Below the pieces are notes generated by a model. That model was not told the origin of the DNA and searched no databases. It worked only from the letters and a program-made list of their open reading frames with translations. This document shows positions 10,466 to 24,400 of a stretch of 64,000 nucleotides of DNA, piece after piece. The position numbers and the translations under genes are program-made. The DNA is from Blastocladiella emersonii ATCC 22665 (taxonomy: Eukaryota > Fungi > Blastocladiomycota), in assembly GCA_025594325.1 (NCBI GenBank), contig JANHCV010000015.1, positions 186,001 through 250,000 on the forward strand. Direction: 5' to 3'. Numbering within the stretch: position 1 is the first letter of the stretch; every line of letters begins with the position of its first letter.

Positions 10466-11755
10466 ATGAAGCCATCCGCAGATCATCACCACCAAGCACT
10501 AGCTGTTAACGACGGCGACGAGGAGGAGTCCATCAAGTCGGCGTCCGCTTCGCCCCGCCGCCGCCGCCCGTCGTCGACCAAGCCGGGCGCCCCGGCCCCG
10601 GCCCCGACCTCGCTCGCCATCGGCATCCTCCTCCTCCTCGGCCTGCTCACGCTCGTCTTCGCGCCCGCCGTGCGCGTCCACGACCCGTCCCTCCTGCCGC
10701 AGCGGTGGACGCCCGCGCGGGTCCTGTCCGAGCGCTCGTGCGCGGGCGCGTGGGCCGCGACGCTCGCGGGTCGGCCGCCCGCGTGCGACTGTTCGGCGCA
10801 GTGCACGGCGCGGCTGCCCGTGCCCGGAAACGATACCTCGACGTGCTGCCCCGACTACCGGCGCGTGAGCGACACGGTGGTCGACCACCTGGTCGCGACA
10901 GGCGTGGTGCGCGAGCGGTGGCGCGACCTCGGCCGCAACACGACCAGCGAGTGGCTGCTCGAGTACACGCGGCCGTCGCCGTGGCCCGTCCCCGCGCCGT
11001 GGCGGATCGGGGTGCTCGCGGTCGGCCGGCAGTGTCTCCGGCGCGGCGCGTGGGAGGATAACGGGATCTCGGCCGGCGGGTGGAAGCTCGAGTGCGCCGA
11101 CGCCGCGGACGTCGTGGTCGTGTTTGCGTCGGGCGTGACCAAGGGCACCGGCGAGGCCGAGGAGGACGACCAGCCTGACGCCGCGTACGCCGTGACCCCG
11201 TTCCCCGGCCCGACGGGCCCGCCCGTCCCGCGCACGCTGGCGGTAGCGGTCGGCAGCCTCGCGCGGCGCGCGGGCGCGCCACCCGGGCTCCCGGACTCGT
11301 TTTACTACGCGCAGCTGGCTGATCCGGCGTCGGCGCTCAAGGCGATCCTCGCGCGCCTCGAGTACTGCGGGTTCGCGTGCCACCTGCCCGCGGCGCTGCC
11401 GCCCGGCGGGCGCGCGCCGTTCGACCCGACGCCCGGCCGCCGGTGGCGCGTGAGCGAGCCGAAATACTCGCTGCAGCGCGGAGCCATCTCGCCCATCGAC
11501 TACGACGTGGCGCCCGAGCAGGTCGACGACGACTACGACCACGTCGTCCGCGAGTCCCACGGGAACATTGTGCCGTGGTCCGCGTGCATGCTCCGCCGCG
11601 TGCTCCTGCGCAACGCGACGGGAGACGGGATGGAGGCTGCGTGGGTCGACGTCTACAACTCGAGCTCGGGCGAGTGGCTCGATGCGGTGGAGCCCGACGC
11701 GTGGTTCAATGCGTGGCAGCCCGGCGAATCGTTGCCGTTCACCGCCACTTTGTAA
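10466..11755 (+). CDS. Type II membrane protein with a somatomedin-B-like Cys domain, otherwise unknown
   Basis: Hydrophobic anchor LAIGILLLLGLLTLVFAPAV followed by CDCSAQC...CCPDY, matching the SMB pattern CxCxxxC...CCxDY. Single ORF. Confidence 0.65.
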   Translation: MKPSADHHHQALAVNDGDEEESIKSASASPRRRRPSSTKPGAPAPAPTSLAIGILLLLGLLTLVFAPAVRVHDPSLLPQRWTPARVLSERSCAGAWAATLAGRPPACDCSAQCTARLPVPGNDTSTCCPDYRRVSDTVVDHLVATGVVRERWRDLGRNTTSEWLLEYTRPSPWPVPAPWRIGVLAVGRQCLRRGAWEDNGISAGGWKLECADAADVVVVFASGVTKGTGEAEEDDQPDAAYAVTPFPGPTGPPVPRTLAVAVGSLARRAGAPPGLPDSFYYAQLADPASALKAILARLEYCGFACHLPAALPPGGRAPFDPTPGRRWRVSEPKYSLQRGAISPIDYDVAPEQVDDDYDHVVRESHGNIVPWSACMLRRVLLRNATGDGMEAAWVDVYNSSSGEWLDAVEPDAWFNAWQPGESLPFTATL

Positions 11756-12304
11756 AGACATTGTCGTCGTGTTCATTCAACAATGTATTGTTCACTCCCA
11801 CTATCCCGCTTGCGCTGCTGTCGGTGGTGAGCTTGCTGGTGAGCTTGCCGGATCGTCGGATGCGAGCCCAGCCGAGAAAGGCAAGCGTGGCGGCGCCACG
11901 GCCCGGACGCGATGCGCCACACGTCACGTGGGCCGTGTCTCCTGCTTTCTCACGCGCGCACGCTCGCGAGACGCGTCGCGATCGCGCCGCCCTGCTTCTT
12001 GCTTTCCTCTCCCTCCCCGCCCGCCCATCGTGTCACGACTGACTCAAAATCTGCGGAGCCACAGCTCGGGAGACACGGAGCGTGACCTCAGCCCACGCAC
12101 GCGTCGCGTCTCGCGCTGGACCGACCTCCCTCCTGAGCCTCGCGCACGGACGCGTCGCGCCTCGCCCCGCCCTAGCTCAACCCTCTCCTCGTGCACCTGT
12201 ACCTCAGCAATCTCATCTCATTCCATCCGTCGCGACCTTGCGCATTCGCCACCCGCAGGTCATTGCACTCCATCTACCACCATCTCGCGCGCGCGCAGGC
12301 CGCG

Positions 12305-12330
12305 TCGCATCGCATCGCATCGCATCGCAT
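12305..12330 (+). repeat. (TCGCA)5 pentanucleotide microsatellite upstream of the dynein start
   Basis: tcgcatcgcatcgcatcgcatcgcat read directly from the sequence. Confidence 0.9.
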
Positions 12331-12411
12331 TCGATACCCCTCCATCCCTGCACACCACCCGCACACACCCGACCGCGACCGCGTGACCGACCGACGCTCA
12401 GCACCACCACC

Positions 12412-15400
12412 ATGGCGGACTCGGTGCAACCCACGACGGGCCTCGGCGGCGGCGGCGGGCTCGCTGCGGCGCCCGCGCGGGCCGAGCGCGGGTCGTCCAA
12501 CAACCTCAACCTGGGCGGCGGCGGCGAGGACCAGGCCAAGAAGAAGGCGGCGGCGGCCGCCGCGCAGGCCAACGCGCTCGAGAAGCGGCGCGCGAGCCTC
12601 GACCAGCGGCACCGCGCCCTGCTCGACAAGTTTGCCGAGTTCATCGGCGAGAAGGCGGCCGCGCTCGAGAACAGCCTGCTCGTCGGGACCAAGCTCGATA
12701 CCATGAACGACTTTTTCCGCGAGGGCGGGATTCGCCGGCTCATGCTGTTCTGGAGACGAGTACGTTTCGCGTCGACTCTCTGTGTGTTCTCCAGCGCCGA
12801 CTGACATCCCGCGCGCGCGCGTGTGTGTGTGTAGGACGACTCGCCAAAGGCAGTCCAAAAGTTCCAGCTGGTCGTCACGGACGGCGTCAAGGAGCAGGTC
12901 GGCGGGTCCGGCTGCTTCTTCGTGCGCCCCAACACCAAGGCCATCACGGTCGCCAACATCGGGTCCGACGTGTCGTTTGGCGTCATCAACCCGACCATCC
13001 TGCCGTCGCTCGCCGTCATGGTCAAGCACGTCATCATGCCCGCGCTCCGCGCCCAGGTACGCTGCTGCTTCGCGGCACCACCCGTCGGACCTCGGCCACT
13101 GACCAGGCTTCCGCGCGCGCCCGTGCGTATAGGAGAGCTGGGGCGAGCTGAGCAAGCAGACCAAGGGCGAGTCGTCCAAGGACTTCATCGAGTCGCTGCA
13201 GCGGTTCGTGTCCGAGGTGGAGGTGGCCATGCTCAACCTCAAGGACAGCGTGCAGCTGACGCCCGTGAGCGTGCCGCTCGACGCGTACGCGTCGCCGTCC
13301 GACTACATCAACGCGATCCACGACCCGGCCCTCATCAACGCGCTCGAGTCGGTCGTCTCCGAGTGGTGCAAGCAGATCGAGCAGGTGCTCGCCGAGTCGG
13401 AGCAGATGCGCAAGGAGGCCGACGATATCGGGCCCAACGCCGAGCTCGCCCACTGGAAGGCCCGCATGGTCAAGTTCAACTCCATCACGGACCAGCTCAA
13501 GACCCCCATGTGCAAGAAGGTCATCGGTATCCTCAACGCCGTCAAGTCCCGCGCCCTCCTGCGCACCTGGAAGGAGCTCGACAACCGCGTCACGGACGCG
13601 GCCAACGAGTCCAAGGTGCGCTCGCTCGCTGGTCACCGCGACGCCAACGGTCGACGACTGACTCTCCCTCGTACGCCCGTTCCCCCGAAATCTAGGACAA
13701 CGTCAAGTACCTGTACGCGCTCGAGCGGTTCTGCGAGCCGCTGTACCGGTCGGACCCCGTGGGCATGATCCCGGCGATCCCGGGGCTCATCAACGCCATC
13801 AAGATGATCTACTCGATCTCGCGGTACTACAACACGTCGGAGCGCATGACGTCGCTGTTCGTCAAGATCACCAACCAGATGATCACCGGGTGCAAGGAGT
13901 ACATCTACAAGGACGGCGGCGCCAAGCTGTGGGAGCAGGACCGGTCGGTGCTCATGCGCAAGCTGAGCGAGGCCATCAAGCTCAACGAGGCGTACCAGAT
14001 GTACTTCCACGAGACCAAGCGCAAGCTGCAGGAGACGCCCGCCGAGAAGCAGTTCGACTTCTCGGAAATGTACATCTTCGGCAAGTTCGACGCCTTCTGC
14101 AAGCGCATCCAGAAGGTCGTCGACATGTTCAGCGTCATCGAAAAGTTCTCCAAGCTCGAGACGCTCGGCGTCGAGGGCATGGACACGATCCTCAAGCGGT
14201 TCAACAACATTGTGACGCAGATGCAACGCAAGCCGTACGACATTCTCGACCACCGCAAGATGGAGTACGACTCGGACTACAGCTCGTTCAAGAAGCAGAT
14301 CGGCGACCTCGAGGGCGACCTGCAGCAGTTCATCGACAACTCGTTCGACCGCCTCTCCAACACGGAGCAGGCGCTGCTGCTGCTCGAGAAGTTTGCCGAG
14401 ATCAAGGACCTGCAGCTCGACCTCGAGTCCAAGCACATGTCCGTGTTCCAGCAGTACACGCGGCGCGACCTCGAGGGGATCCGCAAGCTGTACCAGAAGC
14501 ACAAGGACGCGCCGCCGATCCCGCGCAACATGCCGCCCGTCGCGGGCGCCATTGCGTGGGCGCGCCAGCTGTACCGGCGCATCGAGCGGCCCATGGCCTT
14601 CTTCGAGCAGCACACGCAGGTGCTCGCCTCGGCCGAGGCCAAGAAGCACGTCAAGAACTACAACCGCATCGCCCGCGCCCTCATCGAGTTCGAGATCCTG
14701 TACCACCAGGCCTGGCTCGGCACCGTCGACCAGTGCAAGGTCGGCCTGCAGGCGACGCTGCTCGTCGCCGACCACGCCGGCGCCCTGTTCGTCAACTTCG
14801 ACCCGCAGATCCTGCAGCTCATCAAGGAGACGCGCCACATGCAGCGCATGGGGCTCGAGGTGCCCGCCTCGCTCGCGGCCGTCGCCGAGAAGGAGCTCTA
14901 CTACAAGGGCGTGTACATGGACCTGTGCGCGGTGCTGCAGTCGAAGCGCGCGATCCTCGAGCGCGTGCCCAACATCCTCAAGGACGCGATCGCCCCGCAC
15001 GTCCAGACCCTCGACAAGGCGCTGTCGCCCGGGCTCCTGGCCCTGACGTGGTCGTCGCTCAACCTCGAGGGCTACATTGCCAACTGCACGGCGCAGATTG
15101 CCCGGCTCGAGGAGCTCGTCGACAAGGTGCTCGACATCGCGACGTGCCGCATCTCGGTCGGCCTGCACAAGCTCGCCGAGATGATGCTGTGCGACGTGCC
15201 CGGCGACACGGAGCAGCGGTCGCTCGAGCAGTTCCTCGACAAGACCGAGAAGCGGTGCGCGGCCGTGGTCCAGGCCATCAACAACCGCAGCAACCTCGTC
15301 GAGAGCGCGACGCGCGACCTGATCGCCGAGCTGCAGCGCGGCGTGCCCGAGGCCGCCATCAAGGGCGACCTGCGGTTCTCGTTCGAGAAGGTCTACTTCC

Positions 15401-18400
15401 ACTACAACATGCAGAACCTCGAGGCGCTCGTCCAGAGCACCAAGGGCTCGCTCGACCTACTCAAGTCGCGCCTCGGCAACTACACGTCCAACCAGTACGG
15501 CAAGTCCGGCACGCAGAAGCCCTTCTTCCGCGCCGAGCTGGTGCTGCTCATCCCGAACGTGGTGCTGCAGCCCAAGCTTGAGGACATCCAGGCGGCCATC
15601 TCTAAGGCGTCGACCATGATCATCGACATCTCCCGCCGCCTGTCCACGTCGTGGCGCAAGTACCTCGACGACCCCGCCGACGCGCACCTCGCCAAGAACC
15701 CCGAGGACACGTCGCAGGTGTCCAACAACAAGGACGTGTCCAAGATCGCGGTGGTGCTGTCGTCGACGGTCAACTCGATGAAGAAGGACCTCGAGGCGCA
15801 CCGCGAGCAGTTCTCGCGGTTTGACTTTTTGTGGAAGGAGGACAAGACCGAGACGATCCAGAAGTTCCTGTCGTCGAACCCGACCATCGCCGACTTCGAG
15901 GCCGAGATCAACCGGTACGAGATCATCGAGCGCGACATTGGCGAGATCCCGACGTCGACGCAGATCGGGCTCCTGTCCGTGTCGTCGGACCCGCTCAAGC
16001 TCGCGCTCATGACCGAGACCAAGGAGTGGAAGCACGTCTACGGGCTCAACCTCAACCTCAAGGTCAAGCAGGACATGGAGGGCCTCATCGACTACATGGA
16101 GAAGCAGACGCTCAAGCTGTCGCGCAAGATCTCCGACATTGACGACCTGCGCCTCGCCGTCACGACGCTGTCCGAGATCCGCGAGACCGAGGTCGACATC
16201 GACATGAAGGTGCAGCCCATCGAGGAGGCGTACCAGCTGCTCAACAAGCACGGGATCACGGTGAGCAAGGAGGAGACCGAGATGGTCGACTCGCTGCGGT
16301 ACTCGTGGAAGAAGCTCAAGTCGCTCGTCATCGAGGTGCAGACCAACCTGTCGCTGATCCAGCCCAAGTTCAAGGCCGACCTCATCTCGTCGGTGCAAAA
16401 GTTCTCGCAGGACGTGGACGGGTTCACGGCCGAGTACACGGAGAACGGGCCCATGGCCGGCAACATCCCGCCCAAGACGGCCAGCGAGCGGCTCAACGTG
16501 TTCCAGCGCGCCTTCGACGAGCTCAACCGCAAGTGGGAGACGTACTCGGCCGGCGAGGACCTTTTCTGTCTCCCCGTGACGCCGTTCCCGACGCTGGTCC
16601 GCATCAAGAAGGAGCTCAAGCTGCTGCAGAACCTATACTCGCTGTACACGGACGTGCTCGAGAAGCGCACCACCTACTACGAGATGCTGTGGTCCGAGGT
16701 CGATTTCGCCCGCATCACCAACGAGGTGGCCGACTTCCAGAACAAGATCAAGAAGCTGCCCAAGGCCATCAAGGACTGGGACGCGTTCATGGAGCTCAAG
16801 AAGATCGTCGACGACCTGACGGACGTGGTCCCGCTGCTCGAGATGATGTCGCACAAGGCGATCCAGAAGCGGCACTGGGACACGATCATGAAGATCACCA
16901 AGTCGACCTTCAACCTCGACCCCGAGATGTTCTACCTGCGCAACCTGCTCGAGGCGCCGCTGCTCAAGTTCCGCGAGGACATCGAGGACACGTGCACGGC
17001 CGCCGTCAAGGAGGCCGACATCGAGGTCAAGCTCAAGCAGGTGATCGCCGACTGGGAGGACCGCTCGTTCGTGTTCGCCGGGTTCAAGACGCGCGGCAAC
17101 CTAATCCTCAAGCCCGCGGCCACGTCCGAGATCATCTCGGCCATGGAGGACTCGCTCATGACGCTGGCCTCGCTCATGTCGAACCGGTTCAACGGGCCCT
17201 TCAAGGCCGACATCCAGCAGTGGGTCTACAACCTGAGTACCGCGTCCGAGGTGATCGAGAGCTGGCTCGCGGTGCAGAACCTGTGGATCTACCTCGAGGC
17301 CGTATTCGTGGGCGGCGACATCGCCAAGCAGATGCCCAAGGAGGCCAAGCGGTTCCAGAACATCGACAAGTCGTGGTGCAAGATCATGGGCTCGGCCAAC
17401 GAGAACCCGAACGTGATCAAGTGCTGCGTCACCGACGAGTCGATCCGCAACCTGCTCCCGCACATGACCGAGCAGCTCGAGCTGTGCCAAAAGTCGCTGT
17501 CGGGCTACCTCGAGTCCAAACGCGCCGTGTTCCCGCGGTTCTACTTCGTGTCGGACCCGGCGCTGCTCGAGATCCTCGGCCAGGCCTCGGACTCGCACAC
17601 GATCCAGGCGCACCTCAAGTCCGTGTTCGACAACGTCAACGCCGTGACGTTCCACGAGAAGGAGTACGACAAGATCATCGGGCTCGAGTCGTCCGAGGGC
17701 GAGAAGATCCCGCTCAGCAAGCCGATGCTCGCGTCGGGCAACGTCGAGATGTGGCTCGGGCTCCTGCTCAAGTCGATGCAGACGGCCATCAACGACATTA
17801 TCCGCGAGGCGGCGATCCGCATGAACGACATGCCGCTGACCAAGTTCCTCGACGACTACCCGGCGCAGATCGGCCTGCTGTGCCTGCAGATCGGGTGGAC
17901 GGCCATGTCCGAGGAGGCGCTCGCCAACTGCAAGTCGGACAAGAAGAAGATGGCCAACACGAACCAGCGCGTCACGGACATCCTCAACACGCTCATCGAG
18001 GTGACGACCAAGGACCTGAGCAAGATGGACCGCGTCAAGTACGAGACGTTCATCACGATCCAGGTCCACCACCGCGACGTGTTCGAGAAGCTGCTCAAGA
18101 TGCACATCCGGTCGCCCGACGACTTCGAGTGGCTCAAGCAGTGCCGCTTCTACTGGCGCGAGACCAAGGACGCGTGCATCTGCTCCATCACCAACTTCGA
18201 CTTCCGGTACCAGTGCGAGTACCTCGGGTGCACGGACCGGCTCGTCATCACGCCGCTCACGGACCGGTGCTACATCACGCTCGCGCAGGCGCTCGGCATG
18301 TCGCTCGGCGGCTCGCCCGCGGGCCCCGCCGGCACGGGCAAGACCGAGACGACCAAGGATCTCGGCAAGGCGCTCGGCAAGTGGGTCGTCGTGTTCAACT

Positions 18401-21400
18401 GCTCGGACCAGATGGACTACCGCGGCCTCGGCCGTATCTACAAGGGGCTCGCGCAGTCCGGGTGCTGGGGCTGCTTCGACGAGTTCAACCGCATCGAGCT
18501 GCCCGTGCTCAGTGTCGCGGCGCAGCAGATTGGCTGCGTGTTCGCCGCGCGCAAGGAGCGCAAGGCCTCGTTCATCTTCACGGACGGCGACGTGGTCGAG
18601 CTCAACCCCGAGGTCGGCATGTTCATCACCATGAACCCGGGTTACGCCGGCCGCGTCGAGCTGCCCGAGAACCTCAAGGTGCACTTCCGCTACGTGGCCA
18701 TGATGGTGCCCGACCGCCAGATCATCATCCGCGTCAAGCTCGCCGGGTGCGGTTTCATCCAGAACATCATCCTGGCCAAGAAGTTCTTCGTGCTGTACCG
18801 GCTCTGCGAGGAGCAGCTTTCCAAGCAGGTGCACTACGACTTCGGCCTGCGCAACATCCTCTCGGTGCTGCGCACGTGCGGGTCCGTCAAGCGCGCCAAC
18901 CCCGAGGACTCGGAGCAGATGATCATCATGCGCGTGCTGCGCGACATGAACCTGTCCAAGCTCGTCGACGAGGACGAGGCCCTGTTCATGTCGCTCATCA
19001 ACGACCTGTTCCCGGGGCTCACCGCCAACAAGGGCAGCTACCCGAACGTCGAGGCGGCCATCGACCAGCAGCTCGCCGAGTCCGGGCTCATCTCGCACCC
19101 GCCGTGGGTGCTCAAGGTGATCCAGCTGTACGAGACGGCCAAGGTGCGCCACGGCATCATGGTGCTCGGGCCGACGGGCACGGGCAAGACGCGGTGCATC
19201 CACACGCTGCTCAAGGCCATGACGGCGTGTGGTGAGCCGCACAAGGAGGTGCGCATGAACCCCAAGGCCATCACCGACTACCAGATGTTCGGGCGGCTCG
19301 ACGTTGCCACCAACGACTGGACGGACGGTATCTTCTCGTCGCTGTGGCGCAAGACGCTCAAGAAGAAGGGCGAGGTGATCTGGATCGTGCTCGACGGCCC
19401 CGTCGACGCCGTGTGGATCGAGAACCTCAACTCGGTGCTCGACGACAACAAATGCCTCACGCTCGCCAACGGCGACCGCCTGCCCATGTCGCCCGCGTGC
19501 AAGCTCGTGTTCGAGGTGCACTCGCTGCGCAACGCGTCGCCCGCCACCGTCTCGCGGTGCGGTATGATCTACATCGGCATCACGGCGCTGACGTGGGACA
19601 TCTACGTGCAAGGCTGGTACAAGACGCGCGCGCCGCAGGAGGTGGGCGTGCTCGAGCCGCTGTTCAACATGTCGTTTGGCCCCGCACTCAACTACATCTA
19701 CCACGAGCTGCACCCGAAGATGACGGTGCCCAAGAACTCGTTCATCACCAACACGACGCTGCTGCTCAACGGGCTCATCCCCAAGGCCGACTCGGGCAAG
19801 GCCGTGACCTCGGACTACCTCGGCAAGCTCTACGTCTTCTCCATGTTCTGGTCGCTCGGGTCGCTGCTCGAGCTGGACGAGCGCAAGAAGCTGCAGGTGT
19901 TCCTGCTCGAAAAGTACCCGAACCTCGACTACCCGCCGCTCGACGCGTCGACGCAGGACACGTTCTACGAGTACTACGTCAACGACCAGGGCCACTGGCA
20001 GCACTGGCGCGACCGCGTCACCGAGTGGAACTACCCGCAGGACCACACGCCCGAGTTCTCGTCCATCATCATCCCGACGGTCGACAACGTGCGCACCGAG
20101 TTCCTCGTCGACACGATCGCGCGCCAGGGCAAGTCGGTGCTGCTCATCGGCGAGCCCGGTACCGCCAAGACGGTGACCATCATGCGGTACCTCGCCAAGC
20201 TGCCCGCCGAGACGTCGCTGTTCAAGGGCGTCAACTTCTCGTCGGCGACCACGCCCAACATCTACCAGCGCACCGTCGAGTCGTTTGTCGACAAGCGCAT
20301 GGGCACGACGTACGGCCCGCCCGCCGGCAAGAAGATGACCATCTTCATCGACGACATCAACATGCCCGAGATCAACGAGTGGGGCGACCAGGTCACGGCC
20401 GAGATCCTGCGCCAGCTCGTCGAGTACCAGGGCTTCTACTCGCTCGACCGTCCCGGCGAGTGGACGACCATCGTCGACCTGCAGTTCCTCGGCGCCATGA
20501 TGCACCCCGGTGGTGGCCGTAACGACATTCCGTCGCGGCTCAAGCGCCAGTTCTCGGTGTTCAACTGCACGATCCCGTCGGACGTGTCGGTCGACAAGAT
20601 CTTCGGGACCATGCTCGAGGGCCACTTCTCGGCGGCGCGCAAGTTCCCCGAGGACGTGATCCAGCTCGCGACCAAGGTGGCGTCGCTGACGCGGCGGCTG
20701 TGGCAGCTCACCAAGTCCAAGATGCTGCCGACGCCGGCCAAGTTCCACTACATCTTCAACCTGCGCGACCTGTCGCGCATCATGCAGGGCATGCTCAACA
20801 CCAACTCGGAGGTGATCTGCAACGCCAAGATGCTCATGTCGCTGTGGGAGCACGAGTGCTCGCGCGTGCTGCCCGACCGGTTCACCAACGGCGAGGACAT
20901 TGACTGGTTCAACCGGACCATGACCAACTTTATCACCAAGGAGCTCGGCGACGAGTTTGGCCAGGTCGTCGGCAGCCGCAGCTACTTTGTCGACTTCATG
21001 CGCGACCCGCCCGAGCCCGACGACCCGGAGATCGAGATCAACCCCGAGGACTTCAAGATCTACGAGAAGATCCCGTCGTTCGAGGTGCTGCGCGCGCGGC
21101 TCATGGAGTTCATGAAGCAGTACAACGAGGCGATCCGCGGGTCCAAGATGGACCTCGTGCTGTTCGAGGACGCCATGAAGCACATCATCCGCATCTCGCG
21201 CATCATCCGCACGCCGCGCGGGTCGGCCCTGCTCGTCGGTGTTGGCGGCTCGGGCAAGCAGTCGCTCACGCGCCTCGCCTCGTTCATCGCCAAGGCCCAG
21301 GTGTTCCAGATCGCCATCTCCAAGAACTACTCGGTCACCAACCTCATGGAGGACTTCAAGGCCATGTACAAGGTCGCGGGCCTGCTCGGCAAACCCGCCA

Positions 21401-24400
21401 CCTTCATCTTCACTGACAACGAGGTCAAGGAGGAGAGCTTCCTCGGGTACATCAACAACATCCTGACGTCGGGCGAGGTCGCCAACCTGTTCCCCAAGGA
21501 CGAGGTGATCGCCATCTCGTCGGACATGCGGCCGATCATGAAGAAGCAGCGGCCGACGACGACCGACACCATGGAGAACCTGTGGCAGTTCTTCATCGAC
21601 CGCGTCAAGGCGAACCTGCACATTGTGCTGTGTTTCTCGCCCGTCGGCGAAAAGTTCCGCAACCGCGCGCTCAAGTTCCCCGGGCTCATCTCGGGCTGCA
21701 CCATGGACTGGTTCACCAAGTGGCCCAACGAGGCGCTGCGCGCCGTGTCCGAGAAGTTTGTCAGCGAGATGGAGCTCGTGTGCTCGGACACGGTGCGGCG
21801 CGAGGTCATCAACCACATGGCCTTCACGCACGACCTCGTCACGGACGTGTGCGACCAGTACTTCCAGCAGTTCCGCCGCCGCACCCACGTCACGCCCAAA
21901 TCGTACCTGTCGTTCATCAACGCGTACAAGGTCCTGTACAAGCAGAAGCGCGCTGAGGTCGGCGAGCTCGCGGACCGCATGAACATGGGCCTCAGCAAGC
22001 TGCTCGAGGCCGCGCAGTCGGTGGCCGTGCTGCAGCAGGAGCTCGTGGTCAAGGAGAAGGACCTGGCCGTCGCGTCCAAGGCCGCCGACGAGGTGCTGGC
22101 CGACGTGACGGTGAGTACCGCGGCCGCCGAGAAGGTCAAGGACGAGGTGCTCAAGGTCAAGACCAAGGCCGAGGCCATGGCCAACAACATCAAGGCCGAC
22201 AAGATGGTGGCCGAGGGCGAGCTCGAGGCGGCGAAGCCCGCGCTCGAAGAAGCCGCGAGCGCGCTCAACTCGATCCAGCCGTCGCACATCTCGTCGGTGC
22301 GCAAGCTCGCCAAGCCGCCGCACCTCATCATGCGCATCATGGACGGCGTGATCCTGCTGCAGAAGCGCAAGATCGACGCGGTCACGCAGGATGCGGACCG
22401 GCCGTGCTGCCGGCCGTCGTGGTCCGAGTCGCTCAAGCTCATGTCGACGCCCGACTTCCTGAGTTCGCTGCTCAACTTCCCCAAGGACGAGATCAACGAG
22501 GAGACGGTTGAGCTGCTGCAGCCGTACCTCGAGATGCCCGACTTCACGCTCGAGGGCGCCAAGAAGGTGTCGTCGGATGTCGCCGGTCTCGCGTCGTGGG
22601 TCCGCGCCATGTGCTCGTACTACTCGATCAACAAGAAGGTGATCCCGCTCAAGGCCAACCTGATCGTGCAGGAGCACAAGCTGTCGCTCGCCATGGACGA
22701 GCTCAACTCGGCGCAGGCCGTGCTCGACGAGAAGCAGGCCGTGCTCGACGTGCTGCGCGAGCGGTACAACCAGGCCATCGCGACCAAGCAGGCGCTGCAG
22801 GCCGACGCCGACAGCTGCAAGCGCAAGATGTCGGCGGCCACGGCGCTCATTTCCGGACTCAAGGGCGAAAAGGACCGCTGGACGCAGCAGTCCAAGGAGT
22901 TTGCCGAGCGCATCGGCCGGCTCGTCGGCGACATCATGCTGTGCTGCGCGTTCCTGTCGTACTCGGGCCCGTTCAACTACCTGTTCCGCAACCAGCTCAT
23001 GGCCGACTGGAAGAAGGAGCTCCTCGCGCGCAAGATCCCGTTCACGCAGGACCTCGACATCATCGGCATGCTCGTCGACAACACGACCATTGGCGAGTGG
23101 AACATCCAGGGCCTGCCGACGGACGAGCTGTCGATCCAGAACGGTATCATCGTCAGCCGCGGCTCGCGGTTCCCGCTGCTCATCGACCCGCAGGGCCAGG
23201 CCAAGTCGTGGATCCGCAACCGCGAGGAGCAGAACAAGCTGCAGATCACGAACCTCAACTCCAAGTACTTCCGGCAGCACGTCGAAGACTGCGTCGGCGG
23301 TGGGCGCCCGCTGCTCATCGAGGACGTGGAGGAGACGCTCGACCCGACGCTCGACAACATCCTCGAGAAGAACCTGATCAAGTCGGGCAAGTCGTTCAAG
23401 GTCGTGTTCGGCGACAAGGAGCTCGACTTCACCGAGGGCTTCTGCCTGTACATCACGACCAAGCTGCCCAACCCGTCCTACACGCCCGAAATCTCGGCCA
23501 AGACGTCCATCATCGACTTCACCGTCACCCAGAAGGGGCTCGAGGACCAGCTGCTCGGCCGCGTCATTTTGCGCGAGAAGCAGGAGCTCGAGACGGAGCG
23601 GACCAAGCTCCTCGAGGAGGTACGGAGACTGACGTGGCGCTGCACTCGCGCGACGGTCGACTAACGATTCTCGTGCGACACCGTAGGTCAACTCGAACAA
23701 GAAGAAGATGAAGCAGCTCGAGGACAACCTGCTGCAGCGCCTGACGTCGACGCAGGGCTCGCTGGTCGACGACGAGTCGCTCATCGAGGTGCTGGCCACG
23801 ACCAAGGTGACGGCCGAGGAGGTCAACGAGAAGCTCACGATCGCGGCCGAGACGCAGAAGAAGATTGGAGTGGCGCGCGAGGAGTACCGCCCCGTGGCGA
23901 CGCGCGGCAGTATCATCTACTTCCTGATCGCCGAGCTGTCCATGGTCAGCGTCATGTACCAGACGTCGCTGCGGCAGTTCCTGCAGCTGTTCGACGAGTC
24001 CATGGAGAAGTCGGCGCCGTCGCCGATCCCGAGCAAGCGCATCCAGAACATCATCGAGTACTGCACGTTCCGCGCGTTCGTGTACATTTCGCGCGGCCTG
24101 TACGAGGTGCACAAGGTCATGTTTGTGCTGCTGCTCGCGCTCAAGATCGACATCCCCGCGGGCAAGGTGACGCACGACGAGTTCCGCACCTTCATTCGTG
24201 GTGGTGCTGCGCTCGACATCAACGCGGTGCCCAAGAAGCCGTTCGGGTGGATCCCGGACATCACCTGGCTCAACATCGTGGCCATCTCGCGCATGTCGGC
24301 GTTCAGCGACCTGCTTAGCCAGATCAGCAAGAACGAGAAGGCGTGGCGCACGTGGTACGAGAAGGACGCGCCCGAAAACGACGTGCTCCCCTCGGGGTAC

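Noticed and set aside
12000-12411. RFX X-box or other ciliary promoter motif upstream of dynein
   Set aside because: No convincing GTTNCC-AT-GGNAAC-like palindrome was seen; only a microsatellite and generic CGCG runs.
12811-12834. (GC)n(GT)n alternating tract (potential Z-DNA) in dynein intron 1
   Set aside because: It is short, and such tracts are common in introns of this GC-rich genome.
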